Below, one piece after another: positions 13,101-26,169 of a DNA stretch of 64,000 nucleotides (the stretch's first letter is position 1; the number at the start of each line of letters is the position of its first letter). The stretch is from Marsupella aquatica (lineage: Eukaryota > Plantae > Marchantiophyta), in contig OZ316899.1 of the NCBI GenBank assembly GCA_973895155.1, forward strand, positions 5,087,241-5,151,240, given 5' to 3'. Position numbers and translations under genes: made by a program. The notes below the pieces were generated by a model. It was not told where the DNA came from and ran no database searches. It saw nothing but the letters and a program-made list of their open reading frames with translations.

Positions 13101-14661
13101 TATAAAGCTCAACTCGTTGCAAAGGGATATACCCAAATCTATGGCACAGATTATGACCTAACTTATTCACCATTCATGGATGTAACTACTTACCGCTACT
13201 TGATAGCATTTGCAATCCAACACAAACTCTTAATGCATCAACTAGATGTGGTGACCGCTTATCTTTACGGTCAACTTGACACTGTGATCTATATGGAAGC
13301 TCCACCACAACTTATAGAACGTGTCAATTTCCATGCGAATTCAAATCATGATTCAAATATGCATAGTAACAAACATGCATGAATTTGTCTACTTAAATAA
13401 GCTGGTACTCCACAATACCTCTAAAGCAATTTCATTCCAGGAAACTCCTGGAAGTAGAAAGACCCGGTTTGCTATTCAGGTTCTTCGTTCACTCTACGGC
13501 CTAAAACAAAGTGGATGTACCTGGTACCAACGTTTCAAAACAGAGATGATATCCATGGGATACAAAAATTCAGAGATTGCACCTTGTCTATTCATAAAGA
13601 ATCAAGGACCTGAATTCATAATAATTGCTATTTATGTAGATGACCTCAACTTGTTTGGTACAAACAAGATGATGCAAGAATCTATACAAATGCTGAAACG
13701 CATATTCGAAATGCGGGATTTAGGAAGAACTTCTTACTGCATTGGACTTCAATTTGAACATTTACAAATGGGCATTCTCCTACATCAAGAGACTTACACA
13801 AAGAAGGTGTTAAAACATTTCCATATGGACTCGTTAAAACCTGTGAAGTCCCCCATGGATATATGTACCTTGGACATACAGAAAGATATGTTCAGGAAGA
13901 GAGAAGATTTCAAACCTTTACTAGGTTCAGATATGCCATACCTTTTGGCTATCGGTGCTCTTATGTTTCTATCTAATCAAACTCGACCGAACAAACTCGA
14001 CCGAACATTTGCGGTCAACTTACTTGCAAGACACAACGCACAGCCCACAATCAGACACTGGAACGGTATTAAAAGGATATTCTGTTATCTTATTGGTACA
14101 TCAGACTTTGGTTTATACTTTCCTTATGATGCAGATTATAGTTTAACAGGATATGCTGACGCTGGCTATCTATCCGATCCACAAGATGGTAAATCTCAAA
14201 CTGGATATATTTTCTTGATGGGTCCTACACCAATTTCATGGCGCAGCACCAAACAGATACTTACTACTACTTCTTCCAATCACTCCAAAATAATTGCTCT
14301 CTACAAAGCAAGTTGTGAGTGTTTATGGCTACGTAAAGTCTTAGATCATATTCTGATCAACACAGGTAAACCAAAATTAACCAAACCTGCAATACTCTTC
14401 GAAGATAACATGCCTTGCATAACTCAAATCAAAACCGGATTCATCAAAGGCGAACATACAAAACATATTGCGCCTAAATTCTTTTTCTCACACAAACAAG
14501 GAAAAGAAATTGATGTACAATGGATTCCAGGAAGTCAGAACTTGGCAGATATCCTTACGAAGTCACTACCACCGTCCCTCCATCAATCACTAACTTATTC
14601 AATAGGAATACGCAGCATAACAAAGCTTTTGCAGGATACAAAGATTGAGGGGGAGATTTGA
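10157..14661 (+). pseudogene. Copia gag-pol polyprotein (disrupted)
   Basis: Zn knuckle CNRCGTKGHTKKVC, protease IVDSDTTHTI, GAG-pre-integrase/integrase, RT motifs SLYGLKQSG and YVDD, RNase H ADILTK. Several stops and frameshifts. Confidence 0.92.
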
Positions 14662-15243
14662 CTTCCCTGATGAACATTGCAAGAACGAACAACACTAGCC
14701 TGAAAAAACATAAGTCGATCGACTAACCCCTTGCACTCGACTTCCTCAAGAGCCACAGACAAAACTTGATGAATCATCGAGAAGACGCACTGGCATCTCT
14801 CCGATCGACACTATCACAAAGACCCAGGGAAAATGAGTCTCCAACCATTGCGGCTCACCTCGGCATCGACAGTACTTGCGCAAAACAGAACCCGCAATTC
14901 CACTCTCATACAACCAACTTCAACAACACTTACACTCGATGGACTTCTTGCAGAACGACACCGCAACCCAGAATACACACCTAAAAACATATACACAAAA
15001 TGCAATCAGTCCAACGATACTTCTAGAATAGTAAGGAATAGACAAACGCAAATACAGATTACTTTAGAAAGACACAACTTAATTTTAAAACTTAAAGGGA
15101 TGTAGGGTGGCAATACTCTTTCCTTCCACAAAAGAAAGTAGGGAAGGTTTTAATGAGGTTGCACCCCCATCGCCTAACTTGATATACATTGATAGAAGAT
15201 TGGTTGTCACATTTTTCCTAAAATAATAACACCCAAGGGGAAG

Positions 15244-15380
15244 TATTATACCCTAACTATGATTGGGTATACTAACTATAGTTAGAATCCATGGTTAACT
15301 CCAACCAGAGTTACCATATATATATATTCTCTCCTTGGAATAGAAGATCATATCATTGTTGGTGTATTTGGTTTGTAACA
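15244..15380 (+). repeat. Putative 3' LTR of the Copia element (~137 bp)
   Basis: Follows the PPT. Termini are TATTA (from TGTTA) and TAACA. Gypsy B gag begins right after it. No second copy is available for confirmation. Confidence 0.65.
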
Positions 15381-15431
15381 AATTTCACTTTCTTGGGAAA
15401 TAGCTTGTGATGGCCACGTGAAGAGTTTTTT

Positions 15432-16831
15432 GTGAACTCTAGGGGTCAATCTAGGAAAAAGAAAGTAAGAAGGAGGAAGTTGAAGGCTAACCCACTAGCT
15501 ACGGATAACCTTGTAGCTCTTACTGACCAACTACAAGCTATCATAGCAGAGACTAAGCCGAAGAAGAAAGTAGTAGTCGAGGACAGCTCTGTATGGTGTG
15601 CTCTATGTTATAAGACCGGACACCATAAAGATGCCTGTCCTAAACTAAACTCTAGTCATGTCCGGCAAGTTACCAAGACCAGACAAAATCAGGGAGAAGT
15701 AGAGTACTTCCTAGGGGATGCGGCTGATAGCATTTTTGGCATCAGTAGGACGGGAGCACGGGATCTGACCAATTTCCCAACATCCCTCTGGTTGGGATTA
15801 AGAAATAACCCGGGAGAGATGTACCCACAAATCATTCAAAATCCATCTGTTGCTCCTAGGCCAAATGTACAGAGATCTGCGGCATGCTATAACTGTGGTC
15901 AACCTGGACATTTTGCTAGAGAGTGCCCAAACGCAAGGAAACAGGGTGATGGGCAACCAGCTTAGTTGTGTATGGCATGCTGTCCGGAGGGCCACATGCT
16001 GGGACAGTGCCCCACTTGGTTGGTAGGATTGGCCGCTAATAAAAAACTCTTGCCGGTCAAGGTCCTGCCATTGGGCACAACACCAGGGGGAGTTCAAATC
16101 AATCACATTGAACTAGGATGGCAGACAAATGCCGAGGCCAAATTTGGACCATCTGATGATGAGGCTGAGGCCTTATCAACATTCTCAGAAGAAGAACTAG
16201 ACCACGACTGCTACCGGGTTTCTACTCGTTCAACAAGAAGGAAGGAAAGGTGGGATGGTTTGGCCAAGAACAAGGGGAAGACCAAGGGAGAACGGGTCAA
16301 CTCTTCATCAACGGAGGGAGAACGAAGGGCTCTGGGTAACTCAGGTAAGTCCTGAGCCTACCAATGAGCCCAACCCTTCACAAGATAGTGATTTCAACCG
16401 AGACCACCCCAAGCTATTCTACCCGTCCATTACGGCTAGCGTTAAGAAACAACTGCAAGAATTAGAGACACTAGAGAATACCAAAGCTATAGCCAAGGAT
16501 GTTAAGAGGGCCAAGGGGTTGTTTTCTTTAGAAGAACCTACGACCGTGGAACCTAGCGTTCAACAACAAGCCAAAGCCAACAGAGAGAAATTGCCAAAAG
16601 AGAAGCCCGTAGTTCCCTATGACTTGGCTAAAGATGTACTAGAATCTAGAGTCTCGACAACGGTAGGTCAGCTTTTAAGGAATAGCCCATACTTCCAAAA
16701 ATAGTTAAGGAAGGCGATCCTCGGCAAACCAAGATTACCCAAGGTAGCAACCCGATCCGACGTATTGATGATAGAAGAAGATCAGGGAGCCCCAACACTA
16801 CCATTAATGATTTAGGGAGAATTATTGCTAC
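15432..16831 (+). pseudogene. Gypsy B gag (three CCHC knuckles) and start of protease
   Basis: CALCYKTGHHKDAC, CYNCGQPGHFAREC, CMACCPEGHMLGQC; also PYDLAKDV..TVGQLL. Confidence 0.85.
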
Positions 16832-18775
16832 TATAAACCAAGAAAATAATTAAGTAGAATTAGTGGAGAAACGTCAAGCGGAAGATAATAGATCAAGTAT
16901 TTAAGGGGATCAGTGGCAGATAGAGATAGCTTAGTAAGATGGATGGGAGACTAACATTAGAAGGCACGACAATTTTTGCTATTTGGAGTAGTACCGGATT
17001 AGGGTTTTGCTATGAAGGATGCGATACCAAGCTAGGAGACGGCAGAGGTTGCGCTCTGGGGGTGAAAGCAAGACAACGAAGGCAAAGGGGAGAAGAACAA
17101 TCCAATGTTTTCAGTAGGGATCGAGGCACTCATTTTTGCAAGCTTGTAGGAGAGGGGAAGCCCATGTTCCAATTTATGATCCGCCTTAGGGAGGGAGACT
17201 GCCGAGTATGGAATGAAGCAGGGCAGCAGCTTTTCGGCATGAATGGTGAAACTTTCCAACAACAGTTGACTACTCAAGAAGTTGTTGAAGAATTTTGGAG
17301 GGGAGTCATGTCATCAAAGTGGAACCTAACGTTGGGATGAGAACTCGATCAATGACAACGTCACTGCTGGAGGCTAATCGCCGCTGAACGAGTAATTGTT
17401 TTTTGGAACATTAGTGAACCAGAAGATCCATTGAATGTCTATCATGTGACATCAGAATTGAGAAGCTTAACCATTGGCAGTTCAAAAACCATGACTCCAA
17501 CCACCAGTCGCTTACAGAGATGTTCAATGTAGTAGTCTCAGTGGAACAGAGTATACCAACCGGAAACTACGGATTGCGGTTTAGTAACCGCAAAATAGCA
17601 GTTTATTAACTGCTATGCAGTTATGTTCGATTAGTAAGTTAGATAACCATTTTTGTTAATCGGACAGTTGGAAACCGATAATTTTGCTGGAAGATAGTAT
17701 TTAAGGCAGGCAAGAGCGTAGAATAGGGTGTCACTTTTGCAATACGTAATCTGATTGAAAGGCAAAGCCAGACTTTCCTTAAGATGATCAGTAGATCTGT
17801 TTAAGTGTTCCCTACTCAGATGTGAGTAGAATTTTTGATGTTGAGAAGTAAAGAAATCATTATGATATAACCTGATGAATTGTTCGTGGATGAGTACATT
17901 GTTGAGAGAGTCTATAGAAAGAGACGGTGATTGACTACGAGAGTAAGAATTGAAAGTGAAGGGATTTAGAAATTGAGGAGAGGGAAAATTAAAGAGAAGA
18001 TTGAGTAAGACAATCGGAATTATAAAGAAAGTTGAATCTGTTAAAATTATAAACCAAGGATTAGACAAAAGTATGTTAAGACGGTCATAGTCCGACCACA
18101 TGAATGAATGAGGATTAATTCACTCAGAGTGAACACGTTGAAGAGTAACACCTTACGAAATCAATCCAACAGACAACTCATAAGCAGTGGAGTCTGGCTG
18201 AAGTGTGTGTGTTTCGAGAATGACAATCTAATTGTCATACACCTGCAGCATAACGGAGTAATCGTTGAATTGATATTCTACTTACGAATAGCCTTTCTTG
18301 ATCTACTCCATAGCATAAGTAATTGATCGAATTCCTGGTGGGAGCATCAATGAGACGATTGGATCTAATCAGATCACAATCACTGGAAGCATGAATACTA
18401 GCGACGAAGATAGGAAGAATTCCTCACTAATTAGGCTCAGGCCAATTGAACTGTGGATCTGTTCAATTGGTTCGCATCTAATTACTCGTCGGTTAAGGGA
18501 AGAGAGTATTCCAATTTATATTTTTACTTATCGTGAGTGGTTGGATTTATAGAAATTGTATAGAGGGAAGGATTAGTATTAACTGAGTCGATTGACCCAG
18601 GAAGTGGAAAGAAGAAGTAGACATCAAAGAACATTCAGCGGAAATTACATGTTTAGAATATGAAAACGATTTACTAGATTACCTTGTTGTTGGACGATTA
18701 ATCGGTTAATACAAACGCGAATGAATAGAGAAGGGTTAAGTTGAGTTAATCGTAGGGAAGAATTAGTGTTTAACA
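16832..18775 (+). repeat. 5' LTR of Gypsy A
   Basis: TATAAACC...TTTAACA; near-identical to 33799-35743. Confidence 0.95.
16939..17340 (+). pseudogene. RPA1 C-terminal OB-fold-like ORF inside the LTR (second copy at ~33906-34370)
   Basis: FCYEGCDTKL...HFCKL..PMFQFMIRLREGDCRVWNEAGQQLFGMNGETF..WNLTL resembles Rep_fac-A_C (YxxC..K..C..Y.l.i.D.....FnEaaeqllGmsa). The terminal TGA reads CGA in the other LTR. Confidence 0.5.
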
Positions 18776-18778
18776 TTT

Positions 18779-18796
18779 TGGCGACCATACTGGGGA
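18779..18796 (+). other. Primer binding site of Gypsy A
   Basis: TGGCGACCATACTGGGGA lies immediately after the 5' LTR and resembles the Athila/Tat-type PBS. Confidence 0.8.
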
Positions 18797-18901
18797 ATGC
18801 TTGTTTGAAGGGTTCCTAGAGAAGGAAGGTGCTAGTACTTGCAGCCCGAACCAAGAAACGGTTGGAAACAGATCAAGAAGTAAGTTCAACAAAAGAAAAA
18901 C

Positions 18902-21556
18902 ATGAGTGAGAGGAAAGAATTTTGGACATTATTCTATTTTGATGAAGATGCGGAGCTGCTCATTATTACGACGCTGAATGAAGAGGAGTACAAGTGTCAC
19001 GCAATTGACATGGGTCTTAACACCAAAAACGTCACTATGGGTGCCAAAACCATCTCCTTGAACCTGAGGATCACGAAGGGATGTTGTGAAGGTCGGTAAA
19101 CACCAGTTTATGCCCTTAACACCAGACTATCATAGCAAGACTCTGTCACACATCACCCAAACTCAATCCCTAGGAACCAAGGTTGGGAATCAGATCATGT
19201 GCTCATGATAGTTCTGGTGAGAAGGGGTCTTCATATCGGGCCCGTACACATAGGGCCTAGCGCTACTTTGCGCATATGTCTATACGTATGCTTACTATCA
19301 TAGGTATATTTCTATTCCACCGCCGGAATGTACCCATAAACCAGTGACTCCTGACTGATTCCCAACTTAGGGACTTCTAAGCCATTGCCCCATCACTCTG
19401 CCATTCCACTCTCAGCAATCAAAGCTATGATAGCCCTCACCCAACCCACTTCAATGCACCCGGTACACCTCTCAATGGCGCTGCTAGTCCCATCATACAC
19501 TCAGATTGCCTCACACACACACACACATCCATGAGAGAAATGAGGCCTGAGAGGAAAACTCAGTTAGATTCAAAGATGTGCACAATAGTTCACTGAAAAT
19601 ACTTGATCCGAACAATAGGCCCGAAGGCTGTCTCCTCCAGACTGCGATGTGCTTGCCATGCAAGCTCAATCCTGAACCTGAGCCCGGCTCACTCCAGATT
19701 GCGACGGCAGATTGGACTCGAACCAATCCCGTACTTGCCTTGCAAACTCAATCCTTAACTCAACCTCCTTCACTGCACTTCATTCTTGGGGGCACATACA
19801 TATCTCACACCTCCAATTCAGAATGTCAAGTTACACATGCACAGTTGACTCGACTTCAAAGCTGGTACCAGGCCTAACGACGATCTATCCCAGCCTGCAA
19901 TGAGGCCCGGCCTCACGCTTGCCCTGCAAGCTCAGCTCTGGCCATAAATCCCTCAGTGCTCTCTACCAGACAAAGGCCGGGACTCCCCATGGATCACGTA
20001 GCCTTGCCAGACTGAACTGTAAATGCTCCTCCTGTTGCCCCTCAATCAGTGTCTCAGCCTTCCTAATGTGCTCATCACAAATCACATTGAAATCCTCCCC
20101 ACAGTTTACAATCACCAACACATCACCTATCACCAAGGCTCTGTATCGGGGGAAAATAACCCAGTTGTGTTGCCTACTAGAAAGAGCCACAATCTAGCTT
20201 GCAAACCTGGCCAACTATTGTTGTGAACCCGTGGCTGATTACTCCCTGAGTAATAACACAACCAAGCTCTCCCCAACACACAGCTGTTGCTCAGTCTACG
20301 TGAAGGCTCCCCAACCAACACGTCGCAATCGCAACCTTCCCTGTTGCTCAGTCTACGTGAGATCACACAACTGAAGTTCCCCCCCCCATTACCTCTACAG
20401 GGGGCTACTCTATATACTCTCATACTGAGCCCAAATGGGTGGATACTACGCTGCTGGAGCCCCATCCCAGCCCTAACAGAGCCCCCACTATCTCTAACTA
20501 CTAAACCTTAACTCGCGACTTTATTTCTATCTCGAATTGACTATGTACTTCGGATTTGGCCCTCCTCCATGGTTTTTGCGAGCTTGCGCCTCCTCTCCCG
20601 ATTTCTCTATTCAACCATTTGTTGCGTGGATAGCAGCGTTGGAAGCGACTTGAGCTCCTCTTTCCAACGAGGTCAATTATAGCCAATTTGGTCAAATACA
20701 CAGAAAGTTATGCCCCCGTAACCGAGAGGGGGTACTCATTGCTATGCTAACCCGAGTTACATAGCTAACCCAAGTTTGGCTAACCTAGCTATTCTATCTA
20801 ACCCGAGTAGAGCTAACCCATGATCTCGGGTTAGGCCGCTACCCCAGTTTCTCCTTAATGGCCTTGACAATGACTACCTCAATTGTGTCTGCCTTGGTTG
20901 TGCAGTCTTCAAGCTGAAATACCTTTATCCCTACTCTTAATGCCATGATTGCCCTTATCTTGCCAGCTTGCTAATTGTTATGCAATATCAATAGCTACTC
21001 CTTGCATACAACAACCTACTTACTCAGATTATAGAATAAGGACCATGTCATCGGCGTCACAACAAGAACTTGATAAGCGGAGAAAACAACGCTAGAAGAG
21101 GAGATGTCATACTGATCGTGCATACCACCGCGACGCATACCAAACTGGTGATACGAGAAGCACGTAACGGAGTGTGGGGAGTTTGTAGACGCGCAACACA
21201 TCCTCGGCTCAGTCTACACAAGGCTTTCAACAGCAGTGATAATGGTGCCCAGTAACAATCTGCCGAAGTGCTGCATACAAAGTCGACTTCCAAAGAAGAA
21301 AGTTGAGTTAAAGAGAGTGTTGGAGTGGTGTCGATGGAATCGCAACGAGTATCCAATAGCAATCGCACTTCAAATTGGTAGGATTACTAGACGACTGAGT
21401 ATAAAGCTTAAAGAGAACACAAGAGCTTGCAAAAGTTGTATGTTATCGTGTAAGGAGGATAGTTTTGAGTATTATTTGTTAGCACAACTGCTAACAATGT
21501 GCTTCGAGACGGAGTTGATGACTCCGGAGGACAATACACCCACAATTAGCGAATAG
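18902..21556 (+). pseudogene. Extra ORF upstream of gag in Gypsy A, split by a solo LTR
   Basis: Removing 18995-21061 and one TSD joins MSERKEFW..EEEYK|NLISGENNARRG in frame. After a frameshift it continues into 21236-21556. Confidence 0.6.
18995..21061. mobile_element. Solo LTR (~2.07 kb) of another retrotransposon family
   Basis: Termini TGTCACG...CGTCACA. 5-bp TSD ACAAG at 18990-18994 and 21062-21066. The host ORF is restored on removal. Confidence 0.85.
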
Positions 21557-21729
21557 ATGTTGTTCCAATGGAGCACATACTTAGTCTCAATTAAGTAAAG
21601 GAGACGGTATCAATCCTGTATGTACTGAGAACACGGATTATTATTCAGTTGCAACAAATTTTTGGAAATGACTTTACCTTGAAGTTTGTGAATGATGGTT
21701 GATCGATCTTGATTAAGTACGATTGATAG

Positions 21730-23060
21730 ATGGGTAAAACACCGATTAGAGAAGAAGAAATGGAAAGTGAATTTGAAGCCTTTCAAGAAAGTAGGCCAAG
21801 AGTAGAAATCGACGAGAGAATCGAAACATCCAGAGCACAAGAGAGAGAAGAGCAAGTTATAGAAGATACAATGGAGCGACTTAAGATTCAACCTGCAGGC
21901 GGAAGTAACTTGAGAATAGTGCCAACTGCGACGCGGCGAGTTAAAATACCAACTTTTAAAGGAGCATCGGACAAGGATGCAGATACACATTTGGCTCGGT
22001 TTGAGGAGATGCTCAGAGCTAATCATGAACATAACGATACAGCACGATTAGAGCTATTTCTGAGTTCTTTGGACAAGGAAGCATTTGTATGGTACACACA
22101 GTTTTCCGCTTATCACTTTAAAACCTGACCTGATTTTGCAAAAGAGTTTCTAGATCATTATAGGAGAGCAAAAGAAGAGTCAGATCTTTACAGTATACTA
22201 CAGAACATGACACAAAAGAAGGGTGAACCGGTGCAAAATTATATCGGACAATTAAAAGTAACTATGAGACGATTAACAAACAAACCCTCAGATGGTCAAA
22301 GGATTAGTTGGATGAGGAAAGCAGTAAAAGGGAGTCTAGTAACAGTGGTAGAACAAAATCCTACTTCTAACCCAGATGAGTATGAAAAGAGATTACAATT
22401 AGAAGGCATCACTCAAATGTTGAATCAGGAGAAAAATGAAAGTAGTAAAGATGAGGAAAAAGTGAGCCGTAAGGCGGAAACAACTAAAATTGAAAGCAAA
22501 GAGATTAAGGAATGACAGGAAAACAGAGAACGGAATGAGAATAGTAACCGGAAATTTTGCGAAATTGACATGAGGCCAGGGCATACCACTCAAGAATGTA
22601 ACCAAAATCCCTTTAAGAAAAGAACAAACGTGGGAGTCAATCATGTAGGAACAAGTAAACAAGAGGGAGATCGTATAGAGGCTAGCCAAGGTTACTACAA
22701 TCCTGACATAAATCTTAACCGGAGACCGTATAAAGAAGGGGAGTCAACTACCCCCCTATTTGTTTTTACTGTCGACTGACAGGACACATAAGAGGCCCAG
22801 ATTGCGAATTGTGGATGAAACACATGAAGGAAAAGGAAGAAGTTGCAGCAAAACCACCAGCACCGGTAAACACAATAAAGGTAGCAGCTTATGTGGTGAC
22901 CAAATCTCAAGGACAGCTTGGAGAGTCTGCACCAGAAGACCTTCCAACCGGGAATGAGGCCGTTTTTGATTGGCAGCGTATGGACACGACGACACACAAT
23001 GTGGCCGACGGATTTGTCGAGAACAGCAAAACAAGGTATTACCTCAACCAGGACGATTAA
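21730..23060 (+). pseudogene. Gypsy A gag (disrupted)
   Basis: Retrotrans_gag-like IPTFKG..HLARFE..LFLSSLDKEAFVWY and QKKGEPVQNY; degenerate knuckles. Confidence 0.85.
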
Positions 23061-26027
23061 CATGTTTTGAACCTATGCTGAGGTTGAAACCAAGATTTTG
23101 GAAGAACAAGAACCGATTCGCAATTTAAACTCGGATCAATCGTGTGATAACGACAATCTACCAGCAACGCCCGAAGAAGCAAGCAAAAGGATGGCTGACA
23201 AGCTAGTGCAGCTTATATCAAAAACACGGGTAGATCTTACTATAGAAGAACTGTTTCAATTAGCACCACAATGTAAGGAAGCAGTGTTAAGAAAGCTGGA
23301 GGGTAAAACAACCCGGACAACATTGCCAGGAGTACCTTTATATCAAGCTGGAAAAAATTCTTTAATCAATAAAGGAGTAGTAGTCCAAATAAGTGTAAAG
23401 GGAATCAAATTGAAGAATGTTCTATTAGATGGAGGATCTGCAGTAAATCTTATGAGTGAACGGACATATAGAATGTTGGGAAAAGTGAAATTATTACCAG
23501 CACCTTTTAATTTAGTAATGGCTGATCAGAGCAGTTGTTACCCACTAGGCTATGTGCTAGACTTACCTATGTTAATCTTCGACATTAAGTATAATCTGGG
23601 CGTAGTAGTTATGAGGGACGCAAATTCTACCATGGGGCAACCAATGCTGTTGGGACGGCCATGGCTACGGCAGGCCAAGGTTAAGCAACACTGGGGTGAA
23701 GACAAAGATTATATTAAAATTGAACATCGTGGAGAAATATTCAAGATTCATACCAAAGCCATCGATGATAGCACACCGCCCATGGCTAGGGTATGTACAC
23801 TTAATTGGGCTGAAGGGTTGAATGAAGAGGAAGAAGAAACTTATATGAAATGTCGTCCTAACTTAATACCAATTAGTGAAGTGGAAGTGGTTAAATTAGA
23901 TGGCATACAACGGATGACCAGAGAGAAAATGGATCATGATTTGAGAAGTGATTTATTGAATCACATTAACCCACAAGGCATTCAAGATTGCTCTCTAGTA
24001 GAAGAAGAAGCTTCTACGACTTTGAAAAATATTCCAGAAAAAGTCATCAGCTGAGTGCCACTGAAGAAGAACATACTCAAAAGATTAATTTGGGCGAAGA
24101 TGGAAAACCACGAGATGTAAAAATCGGGAAGCAACTGACGCAAGAAATCAAACAACAACTTAATACTCTACTTGAGGAATTCAGGAACGTTTTTGCTTGG
24201 GATTATACCGAGTTAAAAGGAATACCAGAAACGATTGGAGTGCATCGGATAAGGTTGATACTAGGATCGGTACCAGTACAGACGCAATGGTATCGAATGA
24301 ACCCGAATTATGCTGAGAAGGTCAAAGAGGAAATACAAAGATTACTGGATGCAAAATGTATTGAACCCGTTAATTGTTACACATGGTTATCACCCATAGT
24401 AGTAGTACCAAAGAAAAATGGAAACTCAAGGTATGCATTGATTTCCGCAAGCTAAATGCAACAACGATTAAAGATCTATTTCCTGTACCTTTCCTTGAAG
24501 CAGTATTAGACGTCGTAGCGGGGAAATCCACATATTCATTTATGGATGGTTATAGTGGATACAGTTAGGTACGATTAGCTTCGGAAGCTAGAGAATTAAC
24601 AACGTTTATTACGAAATGGGGTGCGTTTCAATGCTTAGTATTACCCTTTGGATTATGTAATGCGCCCACCACATTTCAGAGGCTTATGATGATGCTGTTC
24701 CATGAATACTTAAATCAGTTCATGCAGATCTTTCTTGATGACTTTACAATCTATGGGGAGGAAGAACAACACATTAACCACCTAAGATTATGTCTGTTAA
24801 GATGTAGAGAAGGAGGGGTCAGTTTAAATCCAAACAAATGTACATTTTTTGTACCATCAGGGAAAATATTGGGTCATATCGTATGCAAACAAGGTCTATT
24901 AGTGGATCCTGACAAAATTAAGATTATGAAATAAATGCCAGTACCCACAAGTACAACGCAAGTGAGAAGGTTCTTAGGGAGTGGAGGTTTCTATCGATGA
25001 TACATCAAGGGTTACTTGCAAATCAGCGCTCCTCTAGCGCGATTAACGGGTAATCATCAAACTTTCAATTGGGACGACGACTGTCAAAAGGCTTTTGAGG
25101 AAATCAAGGAGCGACTGTGTCATACGCCAATACTTAATTAAGGAGCCAGATTGGAAGAAGGAGTTCCATCTGCACACCGACGCATCATTGGTGGCAGTTG
25201 GAGCAGTATTAGCGCAAACCGGAGAATAGGGTATTGATTTACCTGTTTACTATGCAAGTAGATTATTGAATGTGCATGAAAAGAATTATACCACCACTGA
25301 GAGAGAAGCATTGGCTATGATTTTCGCTGTGAAGAAATTCAGACACTACTTGTTAGGGAACCGTTTTGTATTCTTCGTAGACCACAACGCTCTGGTTAAC
25401 TTAGTAAACAAACCTCAATTATCAGGAAGAATAGCCAGATGGATTCTTTTATTGGCAGAGTTTGATTACACAATTATTTACAAACCAGGAAAAACACATG
25501 TTATACTAGATTATTTGAGTAGACTAGAATCAGGGGAAGTATCCACCGTGGAAGATGATCAACTACCTGACATGGGATTATTCCAAGAGGAAAGGGAAAA
25601 CTACCTGGTAAAATTGGTTACTCTGGATGATGGAACCAATTTAGAAAGATATTTACGAACAGCTGAGTTCCCAGAAGGATTATCCAGTAAGGAAAGGAAA
25701 ATATATGCATATAAGGCTAAGCCGTACACTTTGATTAATCATACACTTTATTACAAAGGACCCGATGACATACTCAGAAGAGTAGTACCTGAAGACGAGA
25801 AGCAGGAAGCATTAGTAACCGCTCACGAAGGTTTAGGAGGAGGTCATTTTGGTGCAGATATCACATTGAGGAAAATATTGCAACAAGGACAATGGTGGAG
25901 AACAATGCACAAGGATACCCGGGAATTTGTTAAGACTTGTGATTTGTGTCAACGTACAGGGCCGATCAAAGAGAGCATGGAGTTTAGGCCTATTATTGCT
26001 CCTTATATTTTCCAGAAATGGGGATTA

Positions 26028-26169
26028 TGTTGTGGGATAAATGAGACAAAGAGTTGTTCCATCTGTATTCCTGGTAGAATATGTACATGTGGCTACAGCC
26101 TAAGTAGTTAGGGTAGTTACATAGGTAGTTATCCCAAAGGTAGACTTAACTCAGGTATGAGTTACAACA
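26028..26169 (-). repeat. 3' LTR of the non-autonomous element
   Basis: TGTTG...CAACA, identical to 29248-29389. Confidence 0.95.

Larger units (their letters stand above)
10151..15380 (+). mobile_element. Ty1/Copia LTR retrotransposon, Bianca-like; 5' part not in the window
   Basis: Domain order gag-PR-INT-RT-RH. Integrase LHADVCGPINPPSGPFRYFLVVIDASSKWSRVSLLSTRN is Bianca-like. PPT AAGGGGAAG at 15235-15243 precedes a short LTR. Confidence 0.85.

Noticed and set aside
17631-18326. ORFs 17631-18101(-) and 18108-18326(+), repeated at 34597-35292
   Set aside because: They are duplicated only because they lie in the LTRs. Composition is biased and no domain is recognisable.
19082-21064. Alternative solo-LTR boundaries TGTTGTGA...TCACAACA
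   Set aside because: No TSD. Boundaries 18995-21061 give TSD ACAAG and restore the host ORF.
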